Below the pieces are notes generated by a model. That model was given only the letters and a program-made list of their open reading frames with translations. It made no database searches and was not told where the DNA came from. A stretch of 61,762 nt of DNA, the filler included, from Chiloscyllium plagiosum (taxonomy: Eukaryota), in assembly GCF_004010195.1 (NCBI RefSeq). It is 5 parts of 2 records of this genome, joined end to end, with 100 filler letters (N's around TTAATTAATTAA, not from the genome) between each part and the next. Parts side by side here need not be neighbours in the genome. Positions count along the whole stretch, not along the records: positions 29,488 to 45,015 come from NC_057713.1; positions 45,116 to 55,463 come from NC_057713.1; 3 more parts are not named here. The stretch is one strand, 5' to 3'. This document shows positions 37,973 to 50,299 of this stretch, in pieces (position 1 is the first letter of the stretch; every line of letters starts with the position of its first letter). The position numbers and the translations under genes were made by a program.

Positions 37973-38009
37973 ACACTAGCTTTCGGAATGTCGCTCCTTC
38001 GTCAGGTCG
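37973..38009 (-). ncRNA. Minimal hammerhead ribozyme motif, AGCT helix-III variant
   Basis: ac-CTGACGA-aggagcgacattcc-GAAAGCTA-gt; palindromic AGCT. Degraded relatives near 9875 and 51860. Confidence 0.65.
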
Positions 38010-38510
38010 TAGTGGAGAGCTCAATCCTAACACACAGAATTTATAGCAAAAATTTACAGTGTGATGTAACTGAAATTATACATTGAAAAATTGATTGTCT
38101 TTTAAGCCTTTCATCTGTTAGAATACCATGACAGTTTCACTTCTTTCATGTGTAAATCACAAAACCTTTTTTTTAAAAAGTTGCATTCTCAGGTTAGCTG
38201 TTAACAATGGTGATAGCTAGACAATATGTTGAAGGTGTTAGCCCCCTGTGTTCTCTGTCTATGCCATGATGTTTAGATTGATTCTAATCTAAAAAGTGAG
38301 ATAACGGAGTTTTACATGAATTCATGTAGTTTTTGAGCAAAGTACAATGTAACCCTGCAAGTACAAATTCACCCCACAAAATATATGTGTGCATGTGAGT
38401 CTTTGTCTGTCTCTGTGTGTGTGTCTGTCTGGGTTGGGGGTTGTGAGTGTGAGAAAGTGTATGTGTGTGTGTAGTGAGTGCAGTGTGTCTGAAGTCTGTG
38501 AGGGGATGCA

Positions 38511-38602
38511 TGTGGGAGTGTGGGAGTGTGGGAGTGTGGGAGTGTGGGAGTGTGGGAGTGTGGGAGTGTGGGAGTGTGTGTATGTGTGTATGTGTGTGTG
38601 TG
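38511..38602. repeat. (TGTGGGAG)n about 8 units plus (TG)n-rich microsatellite inside the PLE
   Basis: Directly visible tandem repeat. Confidence 0.95.
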
Positions 38603-39834
38603 TAGTGCAATGGTGGTCACTTGTAATGTGACATGAACCCAAGGTCCCGGTTGAGGCCCTCCCTAGGGGTACCGAACTTAGCTATCAGCCTCTGCTCGGC
38701 CACTTTTCGCTGCTGCCTGTCCCGAAGTCCAAGGTGGTCACCCGAAGGTCCGAGGTCGAATGTTCTGAACACTGAAGTGTTCCCCAACTGGGAGGGAGCC
38801 CTCCTGTCTGTTGATTGTTGTGCGGTGCCCATTCATCCGTTGTCGTTTCCCCAATGTACCATGCCTCCGGGCATCTTTGCCTGCAATGTATAAGATAGAC
38901 AACGTTGGCTGAGTCACATGAGTACCTGCCATGTACAAGGTGGGAGGTGTCCCCACACGTAATGGTGGTATCTATGTCCACACTCTGACACGTCTTGCAG
39001 CGCCTACCATGACAGGGTTGTATGGAGTTGTCCTGAGAGCCGGGCAGCTTGCTACGAACAATGATCTGTTTGAGGTTTGGCAGTTGTTTAAAGGCAAGTA
39101 GTCGAGGTGTGGGGAAGGTCTTGGTGAGGTGCTCATCCTCATTGATAATGTGTTGCAGGTCACGAAGAACATGGCGTGGTTTTTCAGCTCCTGGGAAATA
39201 TTGAACAACGAAGGGTACCCTGTCGGAATGAAGTTATAGTCATTGGGGTGACAGAGTAACAAGGAGATGAAAGCTGGAAACTGAAAATTTAGGGGTATGT
39301 GTCCTTCCTAAAGGACAGGGAGGAAGGCAGGGTGGTGGTGTGGCTTTGTTAAGTAAAAGTTCAATTTGGGGCATTAGCAAGAAATAAATGTTCTTATATT
39401 GGATGACATAGAATCCATATGGGACGAGGTAAGAAATAACAAGAGAAAGAAGACATGTGTAGGAGTAGTCTATAGGCCTCCAAACAATAGTTGTTCTGTA
39501 GGACAGAGAATAAATCATGAGATAATGAGGCCATGTTGAAAACGACAGTCAATTAATCACATGTGCTTTTAAACTTCACGTAGGTTGGCAAAATCAGATT
39601 GACAGAGGTGGCTGTGAGGAAGGATTCATAGATTCTTTGTCCCTCTATTCCAGACAGCTTCTGAGAGCTGTTATTATTCCAACCAGGAATCGGGCTGTTT
39701 TGAATCTAGTAATGTGTAACTTGACAGATTTAATAATAAATTTACAAGGGAACAGTGATCATTACATGGTAGAATTTAGTAGTCAGTATGAGAGTGAGAA
39801 ACTTTGATCTGAAACAGCTGTACTAAACATATTT

Positions 39835-40135
39835 GGGCGGCATGGTGGCTCAGTGGTTAGCACTGCTGCCTCACATTGCCAGGGACCCAGGTTCGATTCC
39901 AGCCTTGGGTGACTGTCTGTGTGAAGTTTGCACATTCTCTCCGTGTCTGCATGGGTTCCTCCAGGTGCTCTGGTTTCCTCCCACAATCTAAAGATGTGCA
40001 GGTCAGGTGAATTGGCCATTCTAAATTGCCTGTAGTGTTGGGTGCATTAGTCAGAGGGAAATGGGTTACTCTTCGGAGGGTCGGTGTGGACTGGTTGGGC
40101 TGAAGGGCCTGTTTCCACACTGTAGGGAATTTAAT
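39835..40135 (+). mobile_element. HE1-type SINE
   Basis: gggcggcatggtggctcagtggttagc..ggttcgattcc head; same body as the other copies. Confidence 0.9.
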
Positions 40136-41195
40136 CACATATCAGGATAATTACATGGAAATGAGGGTAGAGTGGACTATGAAAGAAGTTTACCTAAAAA
40201 TAATAATGGTTACAATTTCAGAATTTTTTTAATGAAAAGTTTATAACTCACAGCAAACATGTCTCTCAGTCAGGAAAAAATATTCTAGAAAGAGTATACA
40301 TCAACCATGGTTAACCAGGAAAGATAAGATCAGGAAAATGTAAGATTATGCACTCTGGCAGGAAGAGTGTTACTTAAAGGGGGAAACACTGCATAAAGCT
40401 GCACCACAAAAAGCTAGCAAAATGTTCAGTGAGTGATAGGGAAGGTGAATGGAATGTTGGCTTTTATTTCAAAGGGAGAAATAAAAGTAGAAGAAATAGT
40501 ACGGAAATAAGGAGGCTTTGCTGAAACTATCCAAAGCACTGGTCAATTCACAACTAGAATACTGTGAAAATGTTTGGTCTCCTATTCTAAGGAAAGATAC
40601 ATTGGCATTGGAAACAGTCTGAAGGAGGTTCATTGGGTTGATCTCGGGTATTATGAGATTTTCTAAAGATGAGAATTTTAGTAGGTTGGGCTTGTACTTG
40701 TTGGAGCATAGGAGACTGAGAGGTAACCTTATTGAAACATAAAATATTCTTAGAGGACTTGACAGTGTAAATGTAGTGAGGTTGTTCCCCTGCGGGAGAG
40801 CCCCGGACCAAAGTGCATCATCTCAGGTTAAGGAATCATTCATGTAAAACAGAAATGAGGAGGAGGTTTTATTTTAATCTCAGAATCAGGTTAATTTGTT
40901 AAATTCTTCATGACAGAGGGCTGAGTCATTAAGGCTGAGATAGACAAGCTTCTAATCAGCAACAAAATCAAGAGATTGGGGAAAAGGCAGGAAAGCAGAT
41001 TTAAGGATTATCAATAAATCCAAGATCCCACTGAATGGTGCAGCAGACTTGATTGGTTAAATGGCCTATCCTCTTATGTCTTATGGTTTTGTATAAAATG
41101 TCATCCACTGACCCTATCCTTTGTATTACTTTGGCCATATCTTCAAGAGTCAATCAGTTCACTGACATAACCTTCCCTTTTCCCACTATTCACCC

Positions 41196-41832
41196 AGGTA
41201 AATAGTGCGGTGAGGAAGGCATATGGCGTACTGGCTTTTATTGGTAGAGGAATTGAGTTCCGGAGTCCTGAGGTCATGATGCAGTTGTATAAGACTCTGG
41301 TGCGGCCGCATCTGGAATATTGTGTGCAGTTTTGGTCACCATACTATAGGAAGGATGTGGAGGCACTGGAACGGGTGCAGAGGAGGTTTACCAGGATGTT
41401 GCCTGGTATGGAAGGAAGATCGTATGAGGAAAGACTGAGACACTTGGGGCTGTTTTCATTAGAGAAAAGAAGGTTTAGGGGTGACTTGATTGAGGTGTAC
41501 AAGATGATTAGGGGGTTAGATAGGGTTGACAGTGTGAACCTTTTCCCGCGTATGGAGTCGGGTATTACAAGGGGGCATAGCTTTAAATTAAGGGGGGGTA
41601 GATATAGGACTGAAGTTAGGGGTAGGTTCTTCACTCAGCGAGTCGTAAGTTCATGGAATGCCCTGCCAGTAGCAGTGGTGGACTCTCCCTCTTTATGGGC
41701 ATTTAAGCAGGCATTGGATAGGTATATGGAGGATAGTGGGTTAGTATAGGTTAGGTGGGCTTGGATCGGCGCAACATCGAGGGCCAAAGGGCCTGTACTG
41801 CGCTGTATTCTTCTATGTTCTATGTTCTATGT
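41196..41832 (+). mobile_element. Young 5'-truncated CR1 with intact C-terminal ORF2 frame
   Basis: 179-aa open frame at 41210-41749; (ttctatg)x3 tail. Confidence 0.93.
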
Positions 41833-42159
41833 TTACAAATTGATGCTGGTTCTGTTTAATCCATTTTAGGTGTATAATCATCCTTCCAAAATGATAGACT
41901 CCAGCAATTTATCCACGACAACTCCAGTACAATTGTAACACAGTTCCCTGGGAAGGACTCATGCTCGAAACGTCAATTCTCCTGCTCCTCGCATGCTGCC
42001 TGGCCAGCTGTGCATTTCTAGCACCAGACTATTTGACTCTGATCTCCAGCATCTTCAGTCCTCACTTCCTCCTACTTAATTATAACAATACTGTACAGTT
42101 TAAACATTGACATTTACATGACAATGTGAACACTTGCCCAGATATATCCTGCATACAGA

Positions 42160-43130
42160 AAGGAGCTCAAATCCAACATGGTCAATTACCACCCTATCTG
42201 TCGATTCTTGATCATCATCAAAGTAATGGAGGTGTCATCAACAGTGCTACCTAGCAGCACCTGCTCAGCAATAACCTGCTCAGCAATAACCTGCTCGGTG
42301 GCACCCTGTTTGGTTTCTGCCAGGGTCACTCAGGACCTGACCTCATTACAGCCTTGGTTCAAACATGGGCAAAAGAGCTGAATTCCAGAGGGGAGGTGGG
42401 AATGATAGTCCTTGATATTAAGGCTGCATTGGACTGAGTAGGGCATCAATGAGCCATAGCAAAACTGGAATCAATGGTTTCATGGGGTAAACTCTCTGGT
42501 GGTTAGCACATCAGAAGACCATTGTTGTCGTAGATCAGTCATCTCAGCTCCAGGACACCTCTGCAGAAGGTCCTCAGAGTAGTTTCCTAGGCCTAACCAT
42601 CTTCAGCTGTTTCATCAATGACCTTCCTTCAACCATAATGTTTGCTAGTGATTGCAAAATGTTCAGCACCATTCACAACTCCTCAGATATTGAAGCAATT
42701 CATGTTTGAATGCAACAAGATGTGAACAATATCCAGGCTTGAGCTGACAAGTAACATTTGATCCAGGCTATGAGCATCACGTACAAGAGACAATCTAACC
42801 ACCACTCCCAGACATTCAATATTGCTACCATCACTGAATCCCTCATTATTAATATTCTGGGAGTTCCCATTGACCAGAAACTCAACTGGACTCACCACAT
42901 AAACACAGTGGCCACAAGAGCAGGTCAGGGGCTGGGAATACTGCGGTGAATAACTCACTACCTGCCTCCTCAAAGCCTGTCCATCATTTACAAGGCACAA
43001 GTCAGGAGTGTGATGGAATATTCCCCACTTACCTGGATTGGTGCAGCTCCGACAACACTCAAGAAGCTTGACACTATCCAGGACAAAGTAGCAGTTTGGT
43101 TGGCACCACATCCAGAAACAGTCACTCCCT
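42160..43130 (+). mobile_element. Decayed L2/CR1-type LINE RT
   Basis: NYHPI..KVME, LDIKAA.D, IFSCFINDL, INILGV.IDQKLNWT.HI, YKAQVRSVMEY motifs. Confidence 0.8.
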
Positions 43131-43315
43131 CCATTGGAACAGTAGGAGGCCATTCAGCCACTCAAGGCTGTTCTGTCTTTCAATGAGTTCATGACTGATC
43201 TGTGGCAAAGCTCCATATCCTTGTCTTTGGCCATATCTCTTAATAGGAGAAAGTGAGGACTGGAGATGCTGGAGATCAGAGCTGAAAAATGTATTGCTGG
43301 AAAAGCGCAGCAGGT

Positions 43316-43757
43316 CATGGCCGCTTTCTAAAAAAAAGGTGCCTGACTGGGGAGCAGAGAGGGATCAGCCATATTCCTCTCAGGTCCACAATTACCCCAA
43401 ATACTAATATTATCCCCACATCCCAGAACATATATTGATCATTCATCCCTTGTGGTTGGAGGGTTCCTAGGCGGAAGATGAGGCGCTCTTCCTCCAGGCG
43501 TTGTGTTACCATGGTCTGGCGATGGACATGCAGGTCCTTGGCCTCCTCCATCGCCAGACCATGGCAACATGACACCTGGAGGAAGAGCGCCTCATCTTCC
43601 GCCTAGGAACCCACCAACCACAAGGGATGAATGATCAATATATGTTCTGGGATGTGGGGATAATATTAGTATTTGGGGTAATTGTGGACCTGAGAGGAAT
43701 ATGGCTGATCCCTCTCTGCTCCCCAGTCAGGCACCTTTTTTTTAGAAAGCGGCCATG
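43316..43757. repeat. About 440-bp inverted repeat (PLE core + 125-bp non-PLE arms)
   Basis: 43316-43526 is the reverse complement of 43547-43757; 20-nt spacer; preceded by a pLTR fragment at 43245-43315. Confidence 0.95.
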
Positions 43758-44302
43758 GTTTTGATAGCTATGTTTAGGCTTGGTTATCCTGAAAGCAGCA
43801 ATNNNNNNNNNNNNNNNNNNNNNNNNNNNNNNNNNNNNNNNNNNNNNNNNNNNNNNNNNNNNNNNNNNNNNNNNNNNNNNNNNNNNNNNNNNNNNNNNNN
43901 NNNNNNNNNNNNNNNNNNNNNNNNNNNNNNNNNNNNNNNNNNNNNNNNNNNNNNNNNNNNNNNNNNNNNNNNNNNNNNNNNNNNNNNNNNNNNNNNNNNN
44001 NNNNNNNNNNNNNNNNNNNNNNNNNNNNNNNNNNNNNNNNNNNNNNNNNNNNNNNNNNNNNNNNNNNNNNNNNNNNNNNNNNNNNNNNNNNNNNNNNNNN
44101 NNNNNNNNNNNNNNNNNNNNNNNNNNNNNNNNNNNNNNNNNNNNNNNNNNNNNNNNNNNNNNNNNNNNNNNNNNNNNNNNNNNNNNNNNNNNNNNNNNNN
44201 NNNNNNNNNNNNNNNNNNNNNNNNNNNNNNNNNNNNNNNNNNNNNNNNNNNNNNNNNNNNNNNNNNNNNNNNNNNNNNNNNNNNNNNNNNNNNNNNNNNN
44301 NN

Positions 44303-45483
44303 TCCCAGGGTAGGGGAGTCCAAAACTAGAGGGCATAGATTTAAGGTGGGAGGGGAAAGATTTAAAAGGGACCTCAGGAAAAACCTGGTCACGCAGAGGG
44401 TGATGCACGTATGGAACGAGCTACCAGAAGAGGTAGTGGAGACGGATACAATTATAATATTTAAAATGAATCTGATGGGTACATGAATAGGAAGGATTTA
44501 AAGCGATATGTGGCAAATGGGACTAGAGCAGTTTAGGATACTAGAGCAGACAAGTTGGACGGAAGGGTCTGTTTCATGCTGTGACTCAATGGATGTGTGA
44601 ATGTCTGAATCAGGTAGATCAGTATTTTTAATCCCTACTATCCTGCTGTTAAATAGTCTGTTAACATTCTCTTCTTTGATTCTTTCTTGAAAAAATAGGC
44701 ACTTAATTGAGACACCAAAATGTTGGTGTCACATATAAACACAAATTAACAGCAGACCTAGGCCATTGAGCCTTCAATAAAATCATGTCTGATTAGATTG
44801 TATCCTTAAATCTGCATTCCCATATAACTTTCACCTGTGGCTTTAGAAGAATTTATCTACTCTGCTTTCAAAGTATTTAAAGACTGAATTTGTTATCTTT
44901 CTATCTGAGCGTTTCAAAGATACTCAACCTTCTAAAATGGGGAAAAAAGCCTACTCTCTATTCCAAATGACAACCCCTGATTTTTAAACCAGTGACCTCT
45001 AGTTCTCAATTCTCCNNNNNNNNNNNNNNNNNNNNNNNNNNNNNNNNNNNNNNNNNNNNTTAATTAATTAANNNNNNNNNNNNNNNNNNNNNNNNNNNNN
45101 NNNNNNNNNNNNNNNGCATGGAAACGGACCCTTTGGTCCACCTAGTTCACCCCGACCATGTTCCCAAACTAAACTAGTCCCACTTGCCTGCCTTTGGCCC
45201 AGATCTTTCCAAACCTTTCCTATCCGTGTATTTACCCAAATGTCTTTTAAATGTAACTGAACCTGCATCCACAACTTTCTCTGGTAGTTCATTCCACATA
45301 TGAACTACTCTGTAAAAATAAAAAGTTGCTCCTCATGTGCTTTTTAAAACTTTCTCTTCTCACCTTTAAAAATATGCACCCTAGTTTTGAACTCCCCCTG
45401 CCCTAGGGGGAGAAAATCCTTACTATTCACCTTAACTATGCCCCTCGTGATTTTATAAAACTTTATAAAGTCACCCCTCAACC
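44303..45483. mobile_element. CR1 3' fragments (+ 44303-44590; - 44750-45015; - 45116-45483) around gaps
   Basis: ESKTRGHRFKV..TQRVM.VWNELP and 3'UTR motifs. Confidence 0.8.
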
Positions 45484-47489
45484 ACCTCCTCATCATTATT
45501 TTCCTGCAGCATGAATATAAAATTTGGAAGTTTGTTCATTCATGAAATCTTGTCTGCCATAAAATGTGAGTTACACAAAATGTCTAGTCCCAGTATGTAT
45601 CTAAACCATCATCTCACCATAGCAATGAGCATGTCAATAACTCCTATTATAGCATTGGCTCAGTGAGTGAGCTTTCTCTTTTAAGTTCATTGAGGCCGTT
45701 GTATTGTTAAAATACACGGGGATTTGAAACCTTCAGCAGATCATGTGTTTTGGGTTAGCGTTTAAAATTGGTTTGCTGTGATCTTTCAATTAAGCGGAAT
45801 CAGAGACTTGAGGCAGTCAGCTGCCTTGGAAAGAACATGCTGTACTTTAGTTATGTGGCACTTAGTTTGCAACATCTATAAGCTAACATACTATGAAAAA
45901 CAACATGATGCTATATAATGAGAGAAAGAGAGATTTGCACAACTTAATAAATTGCTTAGAAATGTTTAATTAAAGGTGAGCTTTACTCTCTTACTAGGTG
46001 TCCCTCTTATTCTTTGCTCCTGTGGTTTGTTTTCAAAACAATTGGGAAAACTCATTGGTTAAATGAGTAAATGTGCAGCCTGCTGTAGTATAGAGATATA
46101 AAGGACTGGAAGTTTCCATGATTTAAGCTGTTAATGGCCTTGGTTAACACAATAATTTTCCAGATGAGAGAGAGATTAAAGTCAAGTAGAAACAAAGTAA
46201 ATCACTTCGCTCCACTTTCTACTGGGAAGAGCATTTGACTGGCAAGAACAGCTTTGGCTTTGGGTTTGGGGTACTGCAGACCCATAGTTGTAACGTTCAA
46301 TAACACTTTCTCACACATACAGAACTGGCTGAGGAACTATGGCTTCGCTAGAGGTGCTGCGATCAAGACTAAATGTGAGGCATTGTTGGTTAGCAGTGGA
46401 ATGGGGGTGGGGATGTGCAGAATTTAAAGTTACTCATGATAGACCTGTTTTGTAGAAATGTAATATTGCAGATATTCCTTCATACACCAAGTGCTGCCAT
46501 TCTTCAATTTTGAAAGAGAGTTAGGCATGTGTTTCTTTACAGGTAAGATTCTCATCCTACTTTCACATTCTTCATGAAATTGCAATGCTTCAGGTAAAAT
46601 CACAGACATTAATGATATGGGAATTTCCTTCAGAGACAAATCCACCACTTCTTGAAATACCAAACATATCTATTCATTTTCTTACAATATCTCTCAGTCC
46701 TTGCTATCTTCAGAAATAAACCCCTTTATACTACATAATGGTCTTATTCCATAGATTTAAACCAATTTATCTCACTTCCTAGCCATAACTGATTATACAA
46801 AATTTATCCCTCAGCATTTGAATTTCTCGATGAACAAATAATTTAACTGGATCAATTTTGTCAGTTCCAATATTGGTCTTAGAAACTTAATTAGAAACTC
46901 ATCACAAAGTCTCTTTTACCAAAAAAACTTGACTTTTTTCTTGTAATTGGAAAATGTATTACATAATACATGATGAACTCAACTACCTATGCTTTGTGAA
47001 CGTCTTTTTTTGTGATGCTGCAGTTGCCAGGAATGCCAAGATGTGAACTACAAACACATAACTGATAAAGATCATATAGCATTAAATATCTTGGACTCAA
47101 AAAGGCTTGGACTCAACTCCTGACCCAGCAATGTTACTAACTGAGCTAAATTGATGTTTTAAGCTAATGAATAGATGATTTGTCCCAATGTTAGATAATT
47201 GTCCACATAATGAATTTTAACTGACTAGCTGTGAAAGCGCAGTGAGTAAATGCACTGTGTACTGAGATATTAGACTATTAAAAATTAAGAAGGTTCTCAG
47301 TTTTATCTCTGACCTTTGCTCAGTTATCCACCAGAGCAGTGGTGTAGTGCTTCAGTTCAGTAACTTGGAAAAATTAGGCTGGAACCTAGCTTTGGAAAAG
47401 AATGACTATTCTGTGATGTTTCCCACCTCCTAACAGACTCTGTCATATCTTAATATACGGTCTTATTTGGTGTCTGCCTAACCTGAAAA

Positions 47490-47960
47490 TGCAAACATAC
47501 AAAATAGGAGCATAAATAGACTTTTCAGCCTTTCAAGCCTGCTCCATCATTGAATAAAATCAAACTGATTAATTTAAGTTTCAAATACCACATACTTTTT
47601 ACCACTAATAATCTTGGCTTCTCTTGCCTAACAAGAAGCTATACGCTGCCCCCTTAAAAATATTTAATCACTCTAACTCCACAGCCTTCTGAGGCACAGT
47701 ATTTCAAAGGTGCATAACTCTCTGGAAGAAAATTTTTCATCTCTGCTAAAAGGGTGACCCCCTAAATTTAGAAGTGTCCCCTATTTCTGGACTGACTAAT
47801 GTGAGGAAACACCCATTCCACACCTTGTCAAGACCATTCAGGATCTCATATACTTCAATCAGGTCACCTCTCATTCTTCTAAATTCCAGTAGAAACAAGT
47901 GCAGCCTGTCTAGCCTATCCTTGTAAGAGAACCCACTCATTATAGGTATCAATCTAGTTA
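47490..47960 (-). mobile_element. Decayed CR1 3' fragment
   Basis: SYKDRLDRL.LF.LEFRRMRGDLIEVY. Confidence 0.85.
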
Positions 47961-49819
47961 GCAAAAACAGAAATTGCTGCCAGACTGCTGAGTTTTGCCA
48001 GTTTCAGAATGCAGAGTTAACACTTCAAGCCCAGTGATTTTTCTTCAAACCCAGACTGGTACACACCAGCAGAAATAAGCCTCAGTCCCACTAGAACACT
48101 CCAGTACAATTGAAACTTTTTTTAAAAACCCTGTCCATATACATTCTCCAAAGAGAAAAACACAATGTGTTGGCAATTTGGGATATAATTCACAGAGGGT
48201 AGTTAGCTGTTGAACAGGGGGTTTATCAGCCCCCTTATTTTCTAGACAAACGAGGTCACAATCCAGTCTGTTTTAATTTACCTATTTCCTCCTTTGAAAT
48301 GTTGTTTGAAGTTCCTCTTAGCATTTTTGGGCGTGACATTCTCTAGGTGGTACTCTCCAGGAAGGCATTTAATTTACATCTGCAGACATTTGGCTGTATC
48401 AGCCCTCTTTTAAAACACGGATTTTGGAATTGCAAGTTAAAATGTCTTAGAGGTCCTGATCCATGGTAATGACATACTAGAACACATCAATCCCTTTGTA
48501 CTGTGGGATTGAGCTGTCATTTTCTATATAAGTAATCCATTTTTTTATCATTATTCCTGCCAAAGTACAGCTTCCCACATTATACTTCATCTGCCAGTAT
48601 TTTTGCCCACTCACTTAACCTATCTATGCAAACTTAACACCTGAAACCTGTTTATGCCGTACTAACAACAAACTTGCCTATATATTTTGATCTCTTCTGC
48701 AAATTTAGCTACCATGCCTTCGCTCTCTTCATCGAAGTCATGGAGATGTATAGCACGGAAACAGATGTAAATTGTAAAAGTTTTAGGCCCAGCACAAATT
48801 ACTGTGGGAATAGATATGAATGAGATATAGGCAGTTGAGTATGAATTATCCAAAAGTCTGAGAATTTTTTTTTTAAACAATTAATTTAATGTCTGTTCAT
48901 TTTATAAAAGAGAATTGGGCAGAATGTGCTAAGCCACGCTGTGTAGAGTAGCTAAAAATGAATGGAGCATTTATTTATAAAGTTTATATTACTTACCTAA
49001 CTGAATATAACTAGAGATTCTATATTTACTGACTAATCTGATCACTGATATTCCTGCCAGTTGACATATCAATTTGTCAGTTTGTCCAAACAGGCGTCTA
49101 CTCTATCTCATTCCAACCTTGAGGCAGTCAAAAGACAATTTGGCTGCCATAAAATTAACGGAGCAGCCTTCTGCCCAAAGCACAGTTACTGGCAATAATT
49201 TATCAAACCTGGCTACAGATTTGCTTCCTTGGCTTAATTTCTTATTCTAAAATTATACATACTTTTTATTCTAATGTTCTCGCACCCTACCTGAATGCAC
49301 TGTCTTTTTCTAGGATATGATTCTATAGGGATCGGCGGCTCACTGATGTTTTACTTAAGTGGCCGTTTATTACGGGTGAGCTTAGTTTGATTGTAGACAA
49401 TGTATTGAACTGATGTCTGTATTGCACTCAAGGCTGCTCTGCTTGTCTTGACTGTTCGTATTTGAGTCTGCTGCATCTCCGTCTTTGCCTTATTCTGACC
49501 CTGCGTGGATCCTGTAGATTATTTATTTACATTCTAATTTTCAGAATACTGACTACAACTCTTCAATATAGTTTGTCCATTCCTCTTTTTAACTTTTGAT
49601 AGCATGCGACTGTTGATGTCCGAGTTACATCACCAAGTACATTATCATTAACATTCAATTTCATTCTACTGCACACTTTACATACATTGGGTTATTTAAA
49701 TATCACGTGCCTTTTATGTAGCCAAATGTAGTGGCCATTTTGTATATTAGATGATGAATAACTGATGATTTTGGGTTGGTGGTGGGCTAGGGTGTCTGTT
49801 GAACTCTTTCTTCTTTAAG

Positions 49820-49995
49820 TAATGCCATTGGATTGTTAACATGCACATTAGAAGAACAGCGCCACATTTCAATGTTTATTTGAAGGATAGTTCCTCTGGA
49901 GCATTCTCTTATTAAATAATATTCTCAAATTTTGGAGTGGATTTGAACCCACAAGCTTTTGACTGAAGCAACAGTGCTACAAACTGAATGAGGCT
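49820..49995 (-). mobile_element. Highly diverged Deu-domain (SacSINE1/AmnSINE1-like) SINE remnant
   Basis: ggagtggatttgaacccacaa..tgactga..agtgctac resembles the reverse tRNA-like head; upstream part resembles the Deu domain. From memory of the consensus, not aligned. Confidence 0.5.
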
Positions 49996-50299
49996 AATGC
50001 TCAGCAATGTTGCAATTGGCCCCAATTCTTTTCCATGCACTTTCTAGCCTTCCTGAGATTTTTCCTCAGCAGTAAGGTTTGTGCCACATTGCTGCCATTA
50101 GTGCAGAGGGACAGGAGTTGGAGGGGGCAGAGGGCCACAAAATTAGCAGGAAACTGCATATTTCCTGTTTCTTTCCTGAGAGCACTAACTGGTGCTAAGA
50201 TACACTCAAGTGATGTTTTCAGGAAGAGGTTGGCATTGTTCTTGTTCGGAAAGTCAGTATAAGTGAAGACTGGCAGCTAAGAAAAATGGGAAGCCATTA

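Larger units (their letters stand above)
37926..39224 (-). mobile_element. Penelope-like element family 2 (5'-truncated; GIY-YIG + long 3' region + pLTR), 12-bp TSD
   Basis: YSCDSANVVYLIHCRQRCPEAWYIGET..RMNGHR..PVGEHFS; TSD ggaatgaagtta at 37914-37925 and 39225-39236. Confidence 0.9.
37600..41090 (+). mobile_element. Old, deleted CR1 (APE to 3'UTR) interrupted by a PLE and a SINE
   Basis: Degenerate APE motifs (GGGVAL, GVVYRPPN) at 39330-39490 and a C-terminal/3'UTR remnant at 40350-41090. Confidence 0.65.

Noticed and set aside
38284..38642. His/Thr/Pro-rich ORFs
   Set aside because: Translations of a microsatellite.
46472..46542. The 71-nt exon candidate as the missing upstream ALG6 exon
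   Set aside because: The size seems similar, but the required frame has a stop and there is no VHEKSIL similarity.
49314..49415. C/D box snoRNA or selenocysteine exon
   Set aside because: No proper RTGATGA box C or terminal stem; no SECIS or homology support.
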